From: Candidatus Poribacteria bacterium
Lineage (GTDB): Bacteria > Poribacteria > WGA-4E > WGA-3G
Length of the DNA stretch: 64,000 nt
NCBI GenBank assembly: GCA_965242965.1
Contig: OZ251518.1
Span: 3,136,001 to 3,200,000 of the forward strand
Direction: 5' to 3'
Shown here: positions 1-9,299 of the stretch, one piece after another
Layout: every line of letters begins with the position of its first letter
Numbering within the stretch: position 1 is the first letter of the stretch
Notes under the pieces: model-generated
Databases searched by the model: none
What the model was told of the DNA's origin: nothing
The model's input: only the letters and a program-made list of their open reading frames with translations
Program-made: the position numbers and the translations under genes

Positions 1-1556
1 TAAAAAGTGAACGTTCGTCTCAAAATGCTCCGATGCCCCTGTTCATTTTCAAGGCGATAGATGACGGTATACACCCCCGGCATCGTCCGAAAGGCGGTGC
101 TGTCAAGCGCAGGGTTCAGTTCTATCACCGTTGTGTCATCATCGGGAATGTCTCGATGTTCTGTGACGGGACCGAGGCATCTCTCGCCTCGCGGGTTGAG
201 AACCTTCCATGTCAGCGTCAACCGTTTCGGACGCGGCGGATTGTTGACATACACCGTAATTTTATCCCCTTTCAGGCCTTCGTCAACGCCGAGTGTGCCG
301 AGTTTCGAGAGCATCTTCTGCGTCAGCGTCATCGTCGGGATGTATTCAAGGTAACCTTTGCCGGGGATGGCGCGCCACGTGCCGCCTGTTGCCAAGGCGA
401 GCTGCTTGATAGGGAGATAGTCAATCCCGATGACATCCACGCGGATTCGCTGGTGTTGGAGCGTCTCAATCACCTCGTCTAAACTGTAGCGAGAGCGGCC
501 GTCATAATCTGCATCGTGAAACGCCGCATCGCTGGCGAGGAGGAAGAGGCGTTGCGCGCCTTGTCGGACAGGGCATTGCACAGCCGTCATGAGTGCGTCT
601 AAACCGGCTTCTGCCAAATCACCGCCTCCCTCAACGCCTATCTGAAATAGCCAGTTGCGGAAGATGCCCGAATCATCGGTAGGCTGGCGGAGAAAATCTG
701 TCCGCACCTTATCGCTGAAAGTGACGAGGCTGAAGGTGGCATCGTGGCCATCGTGTGCCATCGCGTCAAACAAGAACTGAACGTAGCCGCGGATGCCGCG
801 GATATTGTCGCTCATGCTTGCCGTTTCATCGAGGATGAGGACGACATCAACTTTTTTGGCGGTGGCGGCGGCTGCGAGTTCATGCGCAATCGCTTTCATC
901 AGCGAGTAAACACCGCCTGCGTTGGCAGAATTCGTAGCACTTCCTCCACCTCCTCCGCCGCTACTACCCCCCCAAGAGTTGCCCATTCCTGAGGTGCGGA
1001 AAACGTCGCCGCGTGTGCCGGCATAAAAGACGTTCGGCGCGCCTACCGTCGGCGAAGAGACGTTGTTAAGGGATACGCCGTCATCGCCTAATGCGATGGG
1101 TGTCGTTTCGCCGCGCGGTTCTACGTAGGCCGTGGTATGTTTCGGTGGTGGCGCGACGCGGTTGGGTTGCACGTTCACTGGGGTGGCGCGCGGTGCTCCC
1201 TCAGTAAGCGCGGGTTCCGATGCGGTGTTCGCGTCTCTGCCAATAGAATCTTCATGGGCGCGGTGGGAGGTAGCGATTTTCTCGCCGCGCCATTCAGTGT
1301 TCAAACCGGGAGCCGGTCTGGGGGCCACGGGCGTTTTCTTTACTGCCTCTGCCTCCGTAGGTTTAACATCGGGCGGTGGCACCGGCTGTTTCACGATAAG
1401 TGGGGTGACGCGGCGAATCCACGGAACGTCGAATTTGCCATCAAACGGCACCAGAATTTCCTGCTCCGGCACTAACTGCCAGATACCCAGCAGCAGCGCG
1501 ATGTGGATAAGGAGCGAGTATAGCAGATAGTGATGGGAGGTTTTTCGGTTTTTCAT
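1..1556 (-). CDS. Membrane-anchored vWA-domain protein (not in ORF track; stop falls at the window edge)
   Basis: Hand translation from ATG 1556: MKNRKTSHHYLLYSLLIHIALLLGIWQ (TM), Pro/Gly-rich linker, then VDVVLILDETASM (MIDAS-like), FSLVTFSD, GGGDLAEAGLDAL, LLASDAAFH; frame stays open to position 3, followed by TA at the edge. Confidence 0.8.
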   Translation of the reverse strand, partial: MKNRKTSHHYLLYSLLIHIALLLGIWQLVPEQEILVPFDGKFDVPWIRRVTPLIVKQPVPPPDVKPTEAEAVKKTPVAPRPAPGLNTEWRGEKIATSHRAHEDSIGRDANTASEPALTEGAPRATPVNVQPNRVAPPPKHTTAYVEPRGETTPIALGDDGVSLNNVSSPTVGAPNVFYAGTRGDVFRTSGMGNSWGGSSGGGGGGSATNSANAGGVYSLMKAIAHELAAAATAKKVDVVLILDETASMSDNIRGIRGYVQFLFDAMAHDGHDATFSLVTFSDKVRTDFLRQPTDDSGIFRNWLFQIGVEGGGDLAEAGLDALMTAVQCPVRQGAQRLFLLASDAAFHDADYDGRSRYSLDEVIETLQHQRIRVDVIGIDYLPIKQLALATGGTWRAIPGKGYLEYIPTMTLTQKMLSKLGTLGVDEGLKGDKITVYVNNPPRPKRLTLTWKVLNPRGERCLGPVTEHRDIPDDDTTVIELNPALDSTAFRTMPGVYTVIYRLENEQGHRSILRRTFTF

Positions 1557-1613
1557 GATACGATGCATCCTCGCTTGGACAGGACTTCCTTTCCGATAAC
1601 TTCGCGTTCACAT

Positions 1614-2219
1614 TTACGCTTTTTGTGACACCATGCTTGCAAGAATGCCGAGCAGTTTGTCGCACCGTTCAATTGTGTAGGTAGCCAAATCTACGTGGAG
1701 TTGCTGTCCTACGAGTTTAAGGAAGAGCCAGTCTATGCCAGTCGTGGTTGCGCCGTAAATGCACGGAATGTCGTTGCCTTTTTCGGCATTGAAGCGTTGG
1801 GCGGCCACCATCTCCGCGATGCACTGTCCGAGGCCGTCAGTAAGATTATCCCGTTTCGCCTCAACGAGGATGATGACAGGTGCCTTGAGAGAAACCTGGT
1901 CTGCCGACAGACTGACGAGGAAACCGCACACCCCGGCGAGTCCCTTTTCGTCGTCAACGTTAAAGTCAATGCCAGAAAAGAGGCTGATGCGATAGTCAAA
2001 ATGCACACAGAGTTCGACGAGTATATTGACGACAAGGAGTTCGGATTTCGCCTTTTCTGTGCCGATAGCGACGGCGAAAGGGACGTTTCGCTTCAGTCCT
2101 TCTGTGAGATATGCGCTCGGTTTCACCGGCTCAGTGTCTGAAAAGGTGCCGCGGGTTTGAACTGTTTCCAATTGAAACGTCTCGCGCACCGAGTCAAAGG
2201 TAAAGTTGCTATAGGGCAT
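1614..2219 (-). CDS. 201-aa PD-(D/E)XK / type I restriction HsdR-N-like hypothetical protein
   Basis: True start MPYSNFT at 2219 with AAAGGAG RBS; ILVEAKRD, GLGQCIAEMVAAQRFN, YGATTTG motifs; close paralog of 9553..10158. Confidence 0.7.
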   Translation of the reverse strand: MPYSNFTFDSVRETFQLETVQTRGTFSDTEPVKPSAYLTEGLKRNVPFAVAIGTEKAKSELLVVNILVELCVHFDYRISLFSGIDFNVDDEKGLAGVCGFLVSLSADQVSLKAPVIILVEAKRDNLTDGLGQCIAEMVAAQRFNAEKGNDIPCIYGATTTGIDWLFLKLVGQQLHVDLATYTIERCDKLLGILASMVSQKA

Positions 2220-2292
2220 GCGCAGTTCTCCTTTGGGATAAAATACTTTGGTATTCGTCGCGGTTTGCAACCGCGCCCATGGCCGGTACCAG

Positions 2293-2561
2293 TTATTGCG
2301 GTGGTGCCGGTGGCGTGCTTGATGGCGGCGGTTCCTTGAAGGGTTGTCCTTTCGCGGCTGCTTGCAGTCGCCGTTGATTCCACGCTGTCCACTCCCGGTC
2401 GCGCTCGGCGATGCCCTGGGCGATGCCTTGGCTTTCCCTTCGGCGATGCCTTGGGCTCTCCCTTCGGCTTTCCCCTGGGCGATGCCTTGGGCTCTCCCTT
2501 CGGCTTTCCCCTGGGCAATACGCTGTGCGCGTTCCTCCATGAACATTTGATACTTAATCAT
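2293..2561 (-). pseudogene. Duplicated C-terminal cassette of the 2638..3114 gene, with a 1-nt frameshift in the GKA repeats
   Basis: Own AGGAGG (2569-2574) and ATG 2561, MIKYQMFMEERAQRIAQGKAEG...; the shifted frame continues ERDREWTAWNQRRLQAAAKGQPFKEPPPSSTPPAPPQ* to TAA at 2293. Confidence 0.75.
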
Positions 2562-2637
2562 CAGCCAGCCTCCTATTTCAAAACCAAATAATTTGGTATT
2601 GGGCGCGGTTTGCAACCGCGCCTCTAGCCGGTGCGTG

Positions 2638-3114
2638 CTATTGCGGTGGTGCCGGTGGCGTGTTTGATGGCGGCGGTTCCTCGAAGGGTTGTCCTTTCGC
2701 GGCTGCGTCCAGTCGCCGTTCATTCCACGCTGTCCACTCCCTGTCGCGCTCGACAATGCCTTCGGTTTTTCCCTCGGCTTTTCCTTCGGCTTTCCCCTCG
2801 GCTTTGCCCTGGGCGATGCCTTCGGCTTTTGCCTTGGCAATGCGTTGCGCGCGTTCATCCATGAACATTCGATACTTAATCATTAGCCAGCCTCCTATTT
2901 CAAAACCAACCATCGTCAAGAAGAAGGCATACGGCAGGCAGTTCGTCATATGTCCGACGATGGCGATGCACGTTTCCGTAAAACCTTTCCCTTGCTCAAT
3001 TTCATACCATCCTACGAGGATGTTGTAAGCGATAACCAATGCCGAGAATACGAAAATGCCCGGCTTCTCCCAAACTTGCCTGAGGCTCAAGAGGGATATC
3101 CGCTGTTCTTTCAC
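2638..3114 (-). CDS. Two-TM membrane protein with EGKA-repeat coiled-coil tail and internal start at 2883
   Basis: GTG start 3114 with AAGGAG; two hydrophobic segments; internal AGGAGG (2891-2896) + ATG 2883; tail WTAWNERRLDAAAKGQPFEEPPP. Confidence 0.75.
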   Translation of the reverse strand: MKEQRISLLSLRQVWEKPGIFVFSALVIAYNILVGWYEIEQGKGFTETCIAIVGHMTNCLPYAFFLTMVGFEIGGWLMIKYRMFMDERAQRIAKAKAEGIAQGKAEGKAEGKAEGKTEGIVERDREWTAWNERRLDAAAKGQPFEEPPPSNTPPAPPQ

Positions 3115-3255
3115 TAAAACTCTCCTTATTATATTATAGCATATTCTGCAGGATTCATGCAAGACGGTTCTGACTTTTTTCAGGACAATTCAATTGCGCT
3201 GCCCCGCGCTCAAACAGGTTGGGACAGCTGCGAATTTCCACAGAATCTTGTGTTT

Positions 3256-4203
3256 CTACAAATGAAATTCGACTACGTCTCCATCGTAAATGACCTGGGT
3301 GCGGCTAACAGGTTGCCCATCGTGCCAGTGCGCGCCCCAGATTCGTGCGAGTCGGAATTCGGCGAAATCTTTGTGCAGCCCAGTGGCGGCATCCAGCACC
3401 GTCGCGCCAATGGGGAGGACAATCGGAGCATCGCGTTCGACCGGTTTGCCGGGTGCTTTCGGATAGACTCGCAGGATGTTTAGCGCGCCGTATAACGCTT
3501 TTAACAACTCCGCTTTGCCCTCGCCAGTTTGGGCAGAAATCGGGTAGAGCTGCACCGATTGTCCGTAAAACTCCGAGAGAATCTCCAACCGTGCATCGGC
3601 ATCGACTGCGTCTAACTGATTGGCAACGACGAGCGGTTTTTCTTCGCGCTGTCCTGCTTCGTCTAGCACGGCAAGCACCATCTCCAAGTCGTCAAGCAGT
3701 TCATCGCTGGCGAGGCTGAGAACAGTCAGCACCAACTCGGCGTTTCGGACGAGCGTCATCACCGTCGACGAGACGAAATCTGGCATGAGTGACGGCGTGT
3801 CGATGAGTTGGAATTGGATGTTTTCGTAAGGGAGCATCCCGACGAGCGGTGCGGTTGTCGTGTAAGGCGTGGGGGAAACGACGGGTTTCGCTTTCGTGAA
3901 AGCAGCGAGTATCTGCGATTTGCCGCTGTTCGGTGGCCCGAGCAACACGATTTGTCCGGCACCTTGTTTGGGGATGTGTTCGCTATATCCCTTCCGCGCG
4001 CCTTTTTTACCGCCGGTTGCGGCCGCGCCTTTTTTGATTCGGGCGATGCGCCGACGTAGATCAGCGACAACCTTCTCTGAGCCTTTGTGCTTGGGAACGA
4101 TGCGCAGCATTTCCTCAAGGAGAACGAGACGTTCCGCGTCGGTTTTCGCCGCTTCGTGCTCATGTTTGAGTTTGTAATATGGCGGTGGCAGATTTGCAGG
4201 CAT
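3256..4203 (-). CDS. DRG/OBG-family GTPase with C-terminal TGS domain
   Basis: MPANLPPPY N-terminus, GPPNSGKS P-loop, PYTT, DTP, NQLD, and C-terminal DGDVVEFHL. Confidence 0.85.
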   Translation of the reverse strand: MPANLPPPYYKLKHEHEAAKTDAERLVLLEEMLRIVPKHKGSEKVVADLRRRIARIKKGAAATGGKKGARKGYSEHIPKQGAGQIVLLGPPNSGKSQILAAFTKAKPVVSPTPYTTTAPLVGMLPYENIQFQLIDTPSLMPDFVSSTVMTLVRNAELVLTVLSLASDELLDDLEMVLAVLDEAGQREEKPLVVANQLDAVDADARLEILSEFYGQSVQLYPISAQTGEGKAELLKALYGALNILRVYPKAPGKPVERDAPIVLPIGATVLDAATGLHKDFAEFRLARIWGAHWHDGQPVSRTQVIYDGDVVEFHL

Positions 4204-4226
4204 GGTGTGCCTCCGAATTTTGGGGT

Positions 4227-4601
4227 TTAGGAATCGCGGGCTTCTAACTTCTGAATCAGCATATCAATCTGCTGTTGTTGCGCGGCAATTTGTTTTTGCT
4301 GCGCGTCAATTTGCTGTTGTTGCGCGATGAGCTCCTCGCGTGCGGTGGATTCCCTTTTCCACTCCTTTACGATGAGCGCGAGAGGAATACCGACGGTAGC
4401 AGCGACAAACGCGAGCAGTACCAAGGTCATCGCAAAATCCCGGTCCTGCTGTCTCTCAATAGCCACGAGTTCCGCACGCAACCGGTTTTCAGATTCTCTG
4501 ACAATTTCACGGATTTTGTTGAAGTCTTCGACATCCAATGCGCCGAATGCCGAAGTGCTGATGAGAAGTAAACCGATGAGTAAACTGAGTCCAAGTTTCA
4601 T
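4227..4601 (-). CDS. Signal peptide + coiled coil + TM + Gln-rich coiled-coil protein (paralog 3)
   Basis: MKLGLSLLIGLLLISTSAFGA signal, AAAGGAG RBS, similar to the two upstream genes. Confidence 0.75.
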   Translation of the reverse strand: MKLGLSLLIGLLLISTSAFGALDVEDFNKIREIVRESENRLRAELVAIERQQDRDFAMTLVLLAFVAATVGIPLALIVKEWKRESTAREELIAQQQQIDAQQKQIAAQQQQIDMLIQKLEARDS

Positions 4602-4665
4602 GTGTGTCTCCTTTGGTAGGGCACTGCGTGAGGTTGCGGTGCCCTATGAGTTTGCGTTGCACGCT

Positions 4666-5067
4666 CTATCGGAACATGCTGTGCTGTTTGAGCGTATCTA
4701 GTTCGCGGTTCATGCCTTCAATCTGCTGTTGCAGCGTCTCGATCACGCGTTGTTGCTCTTGGAGTTGCTGCTGTTGTGCGTTGTGCTGTTTGTCCCTGTC
4801 GCGCTCTTTGCGTGCCTGTAACATCGTCAGTGTCAGGGGGATACCGATGATAACGGCGATAAACCCGAAAAGGGCAACGAACAGCGTTAAGTTCCGGTCC
4901 AACTGCTTACTCGTCCGAGCCTCGGATGCGGCATTTTCCGCGCGCAGCCGGTCTTCAGATTCTTTGACGATTTCACGGATTTTCTCCAGATCATCCACAC
5001 TGAGTGCGCCGAATGCCGAAGTGCTAATGAGGAATAAGCCGATGAGTAAACTAATGCCAACTTTCAT
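4666..5067 (-). CDS. Signal peptide + coiled coil + TM + Gln-rich coiled-coil protein (paralog 2)
   Basis: Same architecture; 3' half nearly identical to 5132..5674. Confidence 0.75.
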   Translation of the reverse strand: MKVGISLLIGLFLISTSAFGALSVDDLEKIREIVKESEDRLRAENAASEARTSKQLDRNLTLFVALFGFIAVIIGIPLTLTMLQARKERDRDKQHNAQQQQLQEQQRVIETLQQQIEGMNRELDTLKQHSMFR

Positions 5068-5131
5068 GTGTGTCTCCTTTGGCAGGGCACTGCGTGAGGC
5101 TGCGGTGCCCTGTGAGTTTGCGTTGCACGCT

Positions 5132-5674
5132 CTATCGGAACATGCTGTGCTGTTTGAGCGTATCTAGTTCGTGGTTCATGCCTTCGAGCTGCTGTTGCAG
5201 TGCTGCAATCACCTGTTGTTGTTCGTGGAGTTGCTGTTGTTGCTCCTGAATCTGCTGTTGTTGTGCGTTATGCTGTTTGTCCCTGTCGCGCTCTTTGCGT
5301 GCCTGTGACATCACCAGTGTCAGGGGGATGCCGATGACCACGGCGATAAACCCGAAGAGGGCGACAAGCATCGTGAAGTTCCGATCCAGCTGCTTATTCG
5401 TCCGAGTCTCGGATGCAGTGTTCTCTGAATGGAGTTGTTCTTCCACGGCGACAATCTCCGTACGTACGAGTGCAATCTCCGCGCGCAGCCGTGTTTCCAC
5501 AGCCATAATCTCCGCGCGCAACCGCTTTTCCACAGCCACGAGTTCCGCATGCAACCTATCTTCGGATTCCTTAAAAATGCCGCGGATTTTTTCCAAATCT
5601 TCGGTATCCAATGCGCCGAATGCCGAAGTGCTGATGAGGAGTAGACCGATGAGTAAACTAATGCCGATTTTCAT
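5132..5674 (-). CDS. Signal peptide + coiled coil + TM + Gln-rich coiled-coil protein (paralog 1)
   Basis: Start MKIGISLL at 5674 with AAGGAGG; internal 11-aa repeats (RLRAEIxAVEx). Confidence 0.75.
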   Translation of the reverse strand: MKIGISLLIGLLLISTSAFGALDTEDLEKIRGIFKESEDRLHAELVAVEKRLRAEIMAVETRLRAEIALVRTEIVAVEEQLHSENTASETRTNKQLDRNFTMLVALFGFIAVVIGIPLTLVMSQARKERDRDKQHNAQQQQIQEQQQQLHEQQQVIAALQQQLEGMNHELDTLKQHSMFR

Positions 5675-5789
5675 GTGTGCCTCCTTTTGAATTAATATGA
5701 TTTTAGTATAACATATATTTCCGCGCGTTGCAAGCAAATATTGCAATCTCTTCTGAAATCGGTTAGAATGACTGTCTGAAAGCCGGAGT

Positions 5790-5985
5790 TGGAGCAGGAT
5801 TTACAAGATTTGCAAGAGATGAGCAGGATTTCCACGATTATCACGATTATCACGATTTTTGGTTTCTGATGCATCGAATACCCCGTGGCCTGCCAAAACA
5901 GTGCTAGTGCGTCAGAGCCCTCATCCTGAAAATCTTGGAAATCCTGAAAATCCTGCTCCGGATTTACAAGATTATCACGATGAGC
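5790..5985. repeat. 9-bp periodic repeats (CAGGATTTT/CACGATTAT type) flanking a hairpin core; single unit of the 17835-18620 family
   Basis: gagcaggatttacaagatttgcaag..., then core with tgatgcatcgaataccccgtggcctgccaaaa, then inverted aatcctg repeats. Confidence 0.7.
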
Positions 5986-6036
5986 AAGAGGGAGTTTGAC
6001 GTTACGCATGGGAAAGGATACGAAAAAATAAAACTT

Positions 6037-7641
6037 ATGCCAAGGAAAATTAGTTACGCAATTTTTGTCTTCATGTTTATAGCCGCCAGCACCGGTTGGG
6101 GGGAACGGGGGGATGAACTGCTCTCTCTCGTGCAGTCGGCGGCACTGGAGGCGCATGTCCTCACGCTGCAGGAAAACGTGCGGCAGTTTCCCTATCCGCT
6201 CGCTTATCGGACACGCAGCGCACACCATCGGGAGGCAACTGATAATGTGGTGCGTTATCTTATCAGCCAGTTTCGGCGCGCGCCGCGGTTGGAAGTCAGT
6301 GAGCAGGTTGTCGGAGGGATACGGAATGTGGTGGCGGTGTTGCCGTCCGTAAATCGAGACCGGGAGGGTGAAAATCGAGCCCGGGAGGTCTCTCCTACTG
6401 ATGCAAATCAAGACCGGGTTTTTGTTATCTGTGCGCATTATGATACGCAGGCAAGCCGCGATGCAGGCTGGAATCCCCTCGCATCAGGCGCGCCGGGGGC
6501 AAATAAGAACGGCACAGGCATCGCAACGCTGTTGGAAATTGCGTATCTGCTGAGTCAATATGAATACGAACACGAACTCCGGTTCATTGCGTTGGGCGGC
6601 GAGGAACTCGGGTTTCTGGGGAGCCGGAATTATGTGAAAGCAGCGGCGAGAGAAGCACGCTTGGAAAGCGGACTAACCACAAGCACCAACATCGCCGCAG
6701 TTTTTAACCTTGATATGCTTGGGTTCAATTGGAAGAACGATTTGGTTGAGGTGATCACGAACAAGGATTCGGCGTGGATGAGCCGCGCGCTGACGATTGC
6801 TAATACGTGGTTTGACATCGGGCTCAAAATCCGCCGAACGCAAGACGAATTTGTCGATATTTCCTCGCATAAGCCGTTCTGGGATGCGGGTTACAATGCG
6901 GTTACGCTTATTGAGAGCTCCACACCGTGGCGCGACTCGCAGAACTACGATGCCAATCCGTTCTATCGGACATCCCGTGATACCGCCGATAAGGTGAACT
7001 TTGAATTGGTGCGGAAGGTCGCGCAACTGGTGCTAGTGACGGTGGATAGCCTGCTCACGGATATGTTCCAACCGACGCGGTGGATGCCGAAGATTACGGT
7101 TGAAATCGCGCGCGAACAGCGAGTAACTCCCGTTGAAGTGCGCGGCACGTTTGATGCGGATTTCCCTATCGACATCATCGTGCATCCGAGTCGGGTGACA
7201 GCCGAAATAGACAGAGAGACGCGCACCTATTCGGCGATGGTGCCGTTGGCACCGGGGGAGAATGCATTGCGAGTGACAGCGCGGTATCCCCTCGGGGCAA
7301 CATCGGTGGCACAGCAAGTCTTTTTGGAACAGCCGTTCGCGTGGGAGGAGGTGGTGGTATTCCCGAACCCTGCGCGCGACGATGCGCTCACGGAATTCCG
7401 CGTGCAAGCGAACATCGCGATGAACGCAATGGAGGTAGCGGTTTACGATGCACACGGCAATCTGATTAAGCGCATCGAAGGTGTGGCGGACAGGCTTGAC
7501 AGGCGTGTCTGGCGGACATGGTGGAATCAGCGGACATCGTATGGGTTGGCGGTTTCGGCGGGGATGTATGTCTGTTATATCTCGGTAGTTGCGAACGGCG
7601 AGAGGTATGGGTATGTGGAAAAGTTGGGGATTTTGCGGTGA
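6037..7641 (+). CDS. Secreted M28-family peptidase-like protein with C-terminal FlgD-Ig/sorting-like domain
   Basis: Signal peptide; AHYDT, GGEELG, NLDM motifs; C-terminal VVFPNP...VYDAHGNLIK...WWNQR...GMYVC. Confidence 0.8.
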   Translation: MPRKISYAIFVFMFIAASTGWGERGDELLSLVQSAALEAHVLTLQENVRQFPYPLAYRTRSAHHREATDNVVRYLISQFRRAPRLEVSEQVVGGIRNVVAVLPSVNRDREGENRAREVSPTDANQDRVFVICAHYDTQASRDAGWNPLASGAPGANKNGTGIATLLEIAYLLSQYEYEHELRFIALGGEELGFLGSRNYVKAAAREARLESGLTTSTNIAAVFNLDMLGFNWKNDLVEVITNKDSAWMSRALTIANTWFDIGLKIRRTQDEFVDISSHKPFWDAGYNAVTLIESSTPWRDSQNYDANPFYRTSRDTADKVNFELVRKVAQLVLVTVDSLLTDMFQPTRWMPKITVEIAREQRVTPVEVRGTFDADFPIDIIVHPSRVTAEIDRETRTYSAMVPLAPGENALRVTARYPLGATSVAQQVFLEQPFAWEEVVVFPNPARDDALTEFRVQANIAMNAMEVAVYDAHGNLIKRIEGVADRLDRRVWRTWWNQRTSYGLAVSAGMYVCYISVVANGERYGYVEKLGILR

Positions 7642-7685
7642 GTTGCCGCTGGCGGATAGAGGCATCACGGCACGATTAAAAAACG

Positions 7686-7714
7686 CGCGGGCCATCCTGA
7701 TGAATGGCCCGTGC
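7686..7714. terminator. Hairpin between convergent genes
   Basis: gcgggccat-cctgatga-atggcccgt; a similar hairpin lies at 10183-10212, also between convergent genes. Confidence 0.5.
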
Positions 7715-7731
7715 AGTTCGTTTCCAACCCG

Positions 7732-8100
7732 CTAAGGCGCGGTGGAAACTCGTTCTAATTCAACGGTGCGCGTTACGAAATTGACCTGAAGCCGATAGTC
7801 GCGCAATAAATTCGTCCCAAGCAGAATTTGACTATCTGGGGCGAATGTCGCCCGCGCCCGAATGACTTCGCCATCAAAAGGAAATTCCACTAAATGGACA
7901 TCTTCTTCAATGGTTTGGCCCCCGGCTAACGCAAACTTGGTGAGACCGGCGTAACCGACAATGTTCACCGATGCGCGGAGTGCTTCCGGTAATTCCAAAT
8001 CGCCGTTGAATCCGGTATCAATGGTGGCCGGCCATTCTTGATTGGCAATTGGGAGGAGAATCGTCGGCACACCCTGTGGTGAAACGACTCCCTGAATCAC
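7732..8100 (-). CDS. Clan AA (retropepsin-like) aspartic protease
   Basis: ATIDTGFNGDL catalytic motif and ILLGTNLL; GTGA overlap with the upstream small gene. Confidence 0.85.
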   Translation of the reverse strand: MIQGVVSPQGVPTILLPIANQEWPATIDTGFNGDLELPEALRASVNIVGYAGLTKFALAGGQTIEEDVHLVEFPFDGEVIRARATFAPDSQILLGTNLLRDYRLQVNFVTRTVELERVSTAP

Positions 8101-8348
8101 CGTCGGCCCCCTTTCAGAAAATAGGTTTCATGCCCGACGCGTTCAAAGAAAAGCGGATTCTTCAAGCCTACAGCCGCGCGTTGGTCGACGACATCTTCAA
8201 TCGACTCCCCGAACCAAATGCGTCCGGTTTTGGGATCGATGCCGGCGGTTTGTCCATACCGCTCTGATAGGTCATGTTCTTGCTGATAGTCTGCCCAGAT
8301 CTGCTTGCATTTAGCAGAATCCCCTGGACCCCATCTCGGGTCTCTCAT
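8097..8348 (-). CDS. Small DUF5678-like protein coupled to the protease (copy 1)
   Basis: Start 8348 with GAAGGAGG; YGQTAGIDPKTGRIWFGES...FFERVG. Confidence 0.7.
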   Translation of the reverse strand: MRDPRWGPGDSAKCKQIWADYQQEHDLSERYGQTAGIDPKTGRIWFGESIEDVVDQRAAVGLKNPLFFERVGHETYFLKGGRR

Positions 8349-8381
8349 GAGAAATCCCTCCTTCAATTTGAGTTAATAAAT

Positions 8382-8410
8382 AGGATACCATCTTTTCTAC
8401 CGTTTGTCAA
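8382..8410 (-). promoter_or_regulatory. Sigma70-type promoter (TTGACA-17-TATCCT); repeated at 8909-8937 and 9423-9451
   Basis: Reverse strand reads TTGACA aacggtagaaaagatgg TATCCT. Confidence 0.7.
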
Positions 8411-8439
8411 GAAAAAATGGATAGCGCGCGGTTTTCCTT

Positions 8440-8517
8440 TTCAACGGTTCGCGTTACGAAATTAACCTGAAGCCGATAGTCGCGCAGCAGATGCGTCCCG
8501 AGCAGAATCTCACTATC
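8440..8517 (-). pseudogene. Remnant of the aspartic protease 3' end
   Basis: Encodes DSEILLGTHLLRDYRLQVNFVTRTVE versus DSQILLGTNLLRDYRLQVNFVTRTVE in 7732..8100. Confidence 0.8.
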
Positions 8518-8776
8518 TGCGCCGAACGCCGCCTCTGCCTCTGATATAATAGGTTTCATGCCCGACGCGTTCAAAGAAAATCGGATTCTTCAAGCCTTCA
8601 GCCGCGCGTTGCTTGACGACATCTTTCATTGACTCCCCGAACCAGATGCGTCCGGTTTTGGGATCGATGCCGGCCGTCTGTCCATACCGCTCTGATAGGT
8701 CATGTTCTTGCTGATAGTCGTCCCAGATCTGCTTGCATTTAGCAGAATCGGCGGGATCCCATCTCGGTTCTTTCAT
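8513..8776 (-). CDS. DUF5678-like protein (copy 2)
   Basis: MKEPRWDPADSAKCKQIW..., GGAGG RBS, near-identical to copy 1. Confidence 0.7.
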   Translation of the reverse strand: MKEPRWDPADSAKCKQIWDDYQQEHDLSERYGQTAGIDPKTGRIWFGESMKDVVKQRAAEGLKNPIFFERVGHETYYIRGRGGVRRR

Positions 8777-8999
8777 TGTTAAATACCTCCGTTTTATGAG
8801 CAGGATTATCACGATTATACAAGATTTACCAAGATTATCGTGATTATCGTTCTGTATTCAAACTCTGCCTGTGGTGGGCCACAGGCGGTTGAATACGAAC
8901 GTATAAATAGGATACCATCTTTGCTAGCATTTGTCAAGGAAAAATGGATAGCGCGTTTTTCCCTTGATCAACGGTGGCCAACGACGCTTGACGAGGAAC

Positions 9000-9299
9000 T
9001 CACACCTGAATTGTTGGCACCCCGGCCTCCGAAACCTTTCCCTGAATCACCGAACGGCCCTTCTTGAGAAAATAGGTTTCATGCCCGACGCGCTGCCAGT
9101 ACATGGGTGACTTCAACCCTTCTGCCTCGCGTTGCGTCAGAACATCTTCAATGGACTCGCCGAACCAGATGCGTCCGGTTTTGGGATCAATGGCTGCTGT
9201 CTGTCCATGCCGCGCGGAGAGGTCATGTTCTTTTTGATACGCCTCCCAGATCTGCTTGCATTTGACAGAATCGGCGGGATCCCATCTCGGGTCTCTCAT
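9000..9299 (-). CDS. DUF5678-like protein (copy 3) fused to a remnant of the protease N-terminus
   Basis: Ends VIQGKVSEAGVPTIQV*, matching the protease start MIQGVVSPQGVPTIL. Confidence 0.7.
   Translation of the reverse strand: MRDPRWDPADSVKCKQIWEAYQKEHDLSARHGQTAAIDPKTGRIWFGESIEDVLTQREAEGLKSPMYWQRVGHETYFLKKGRSVIQGKVSEAGVPTIQV

Noticed and set aside
1614-2858. 414-aa ORF as a single gene
   Set aside because: It is a chimera of an off-frame reading of the two-TM gene, the frameshifted cassette and the true 201-aa gene starting at 2219, which matches its paralog's length.
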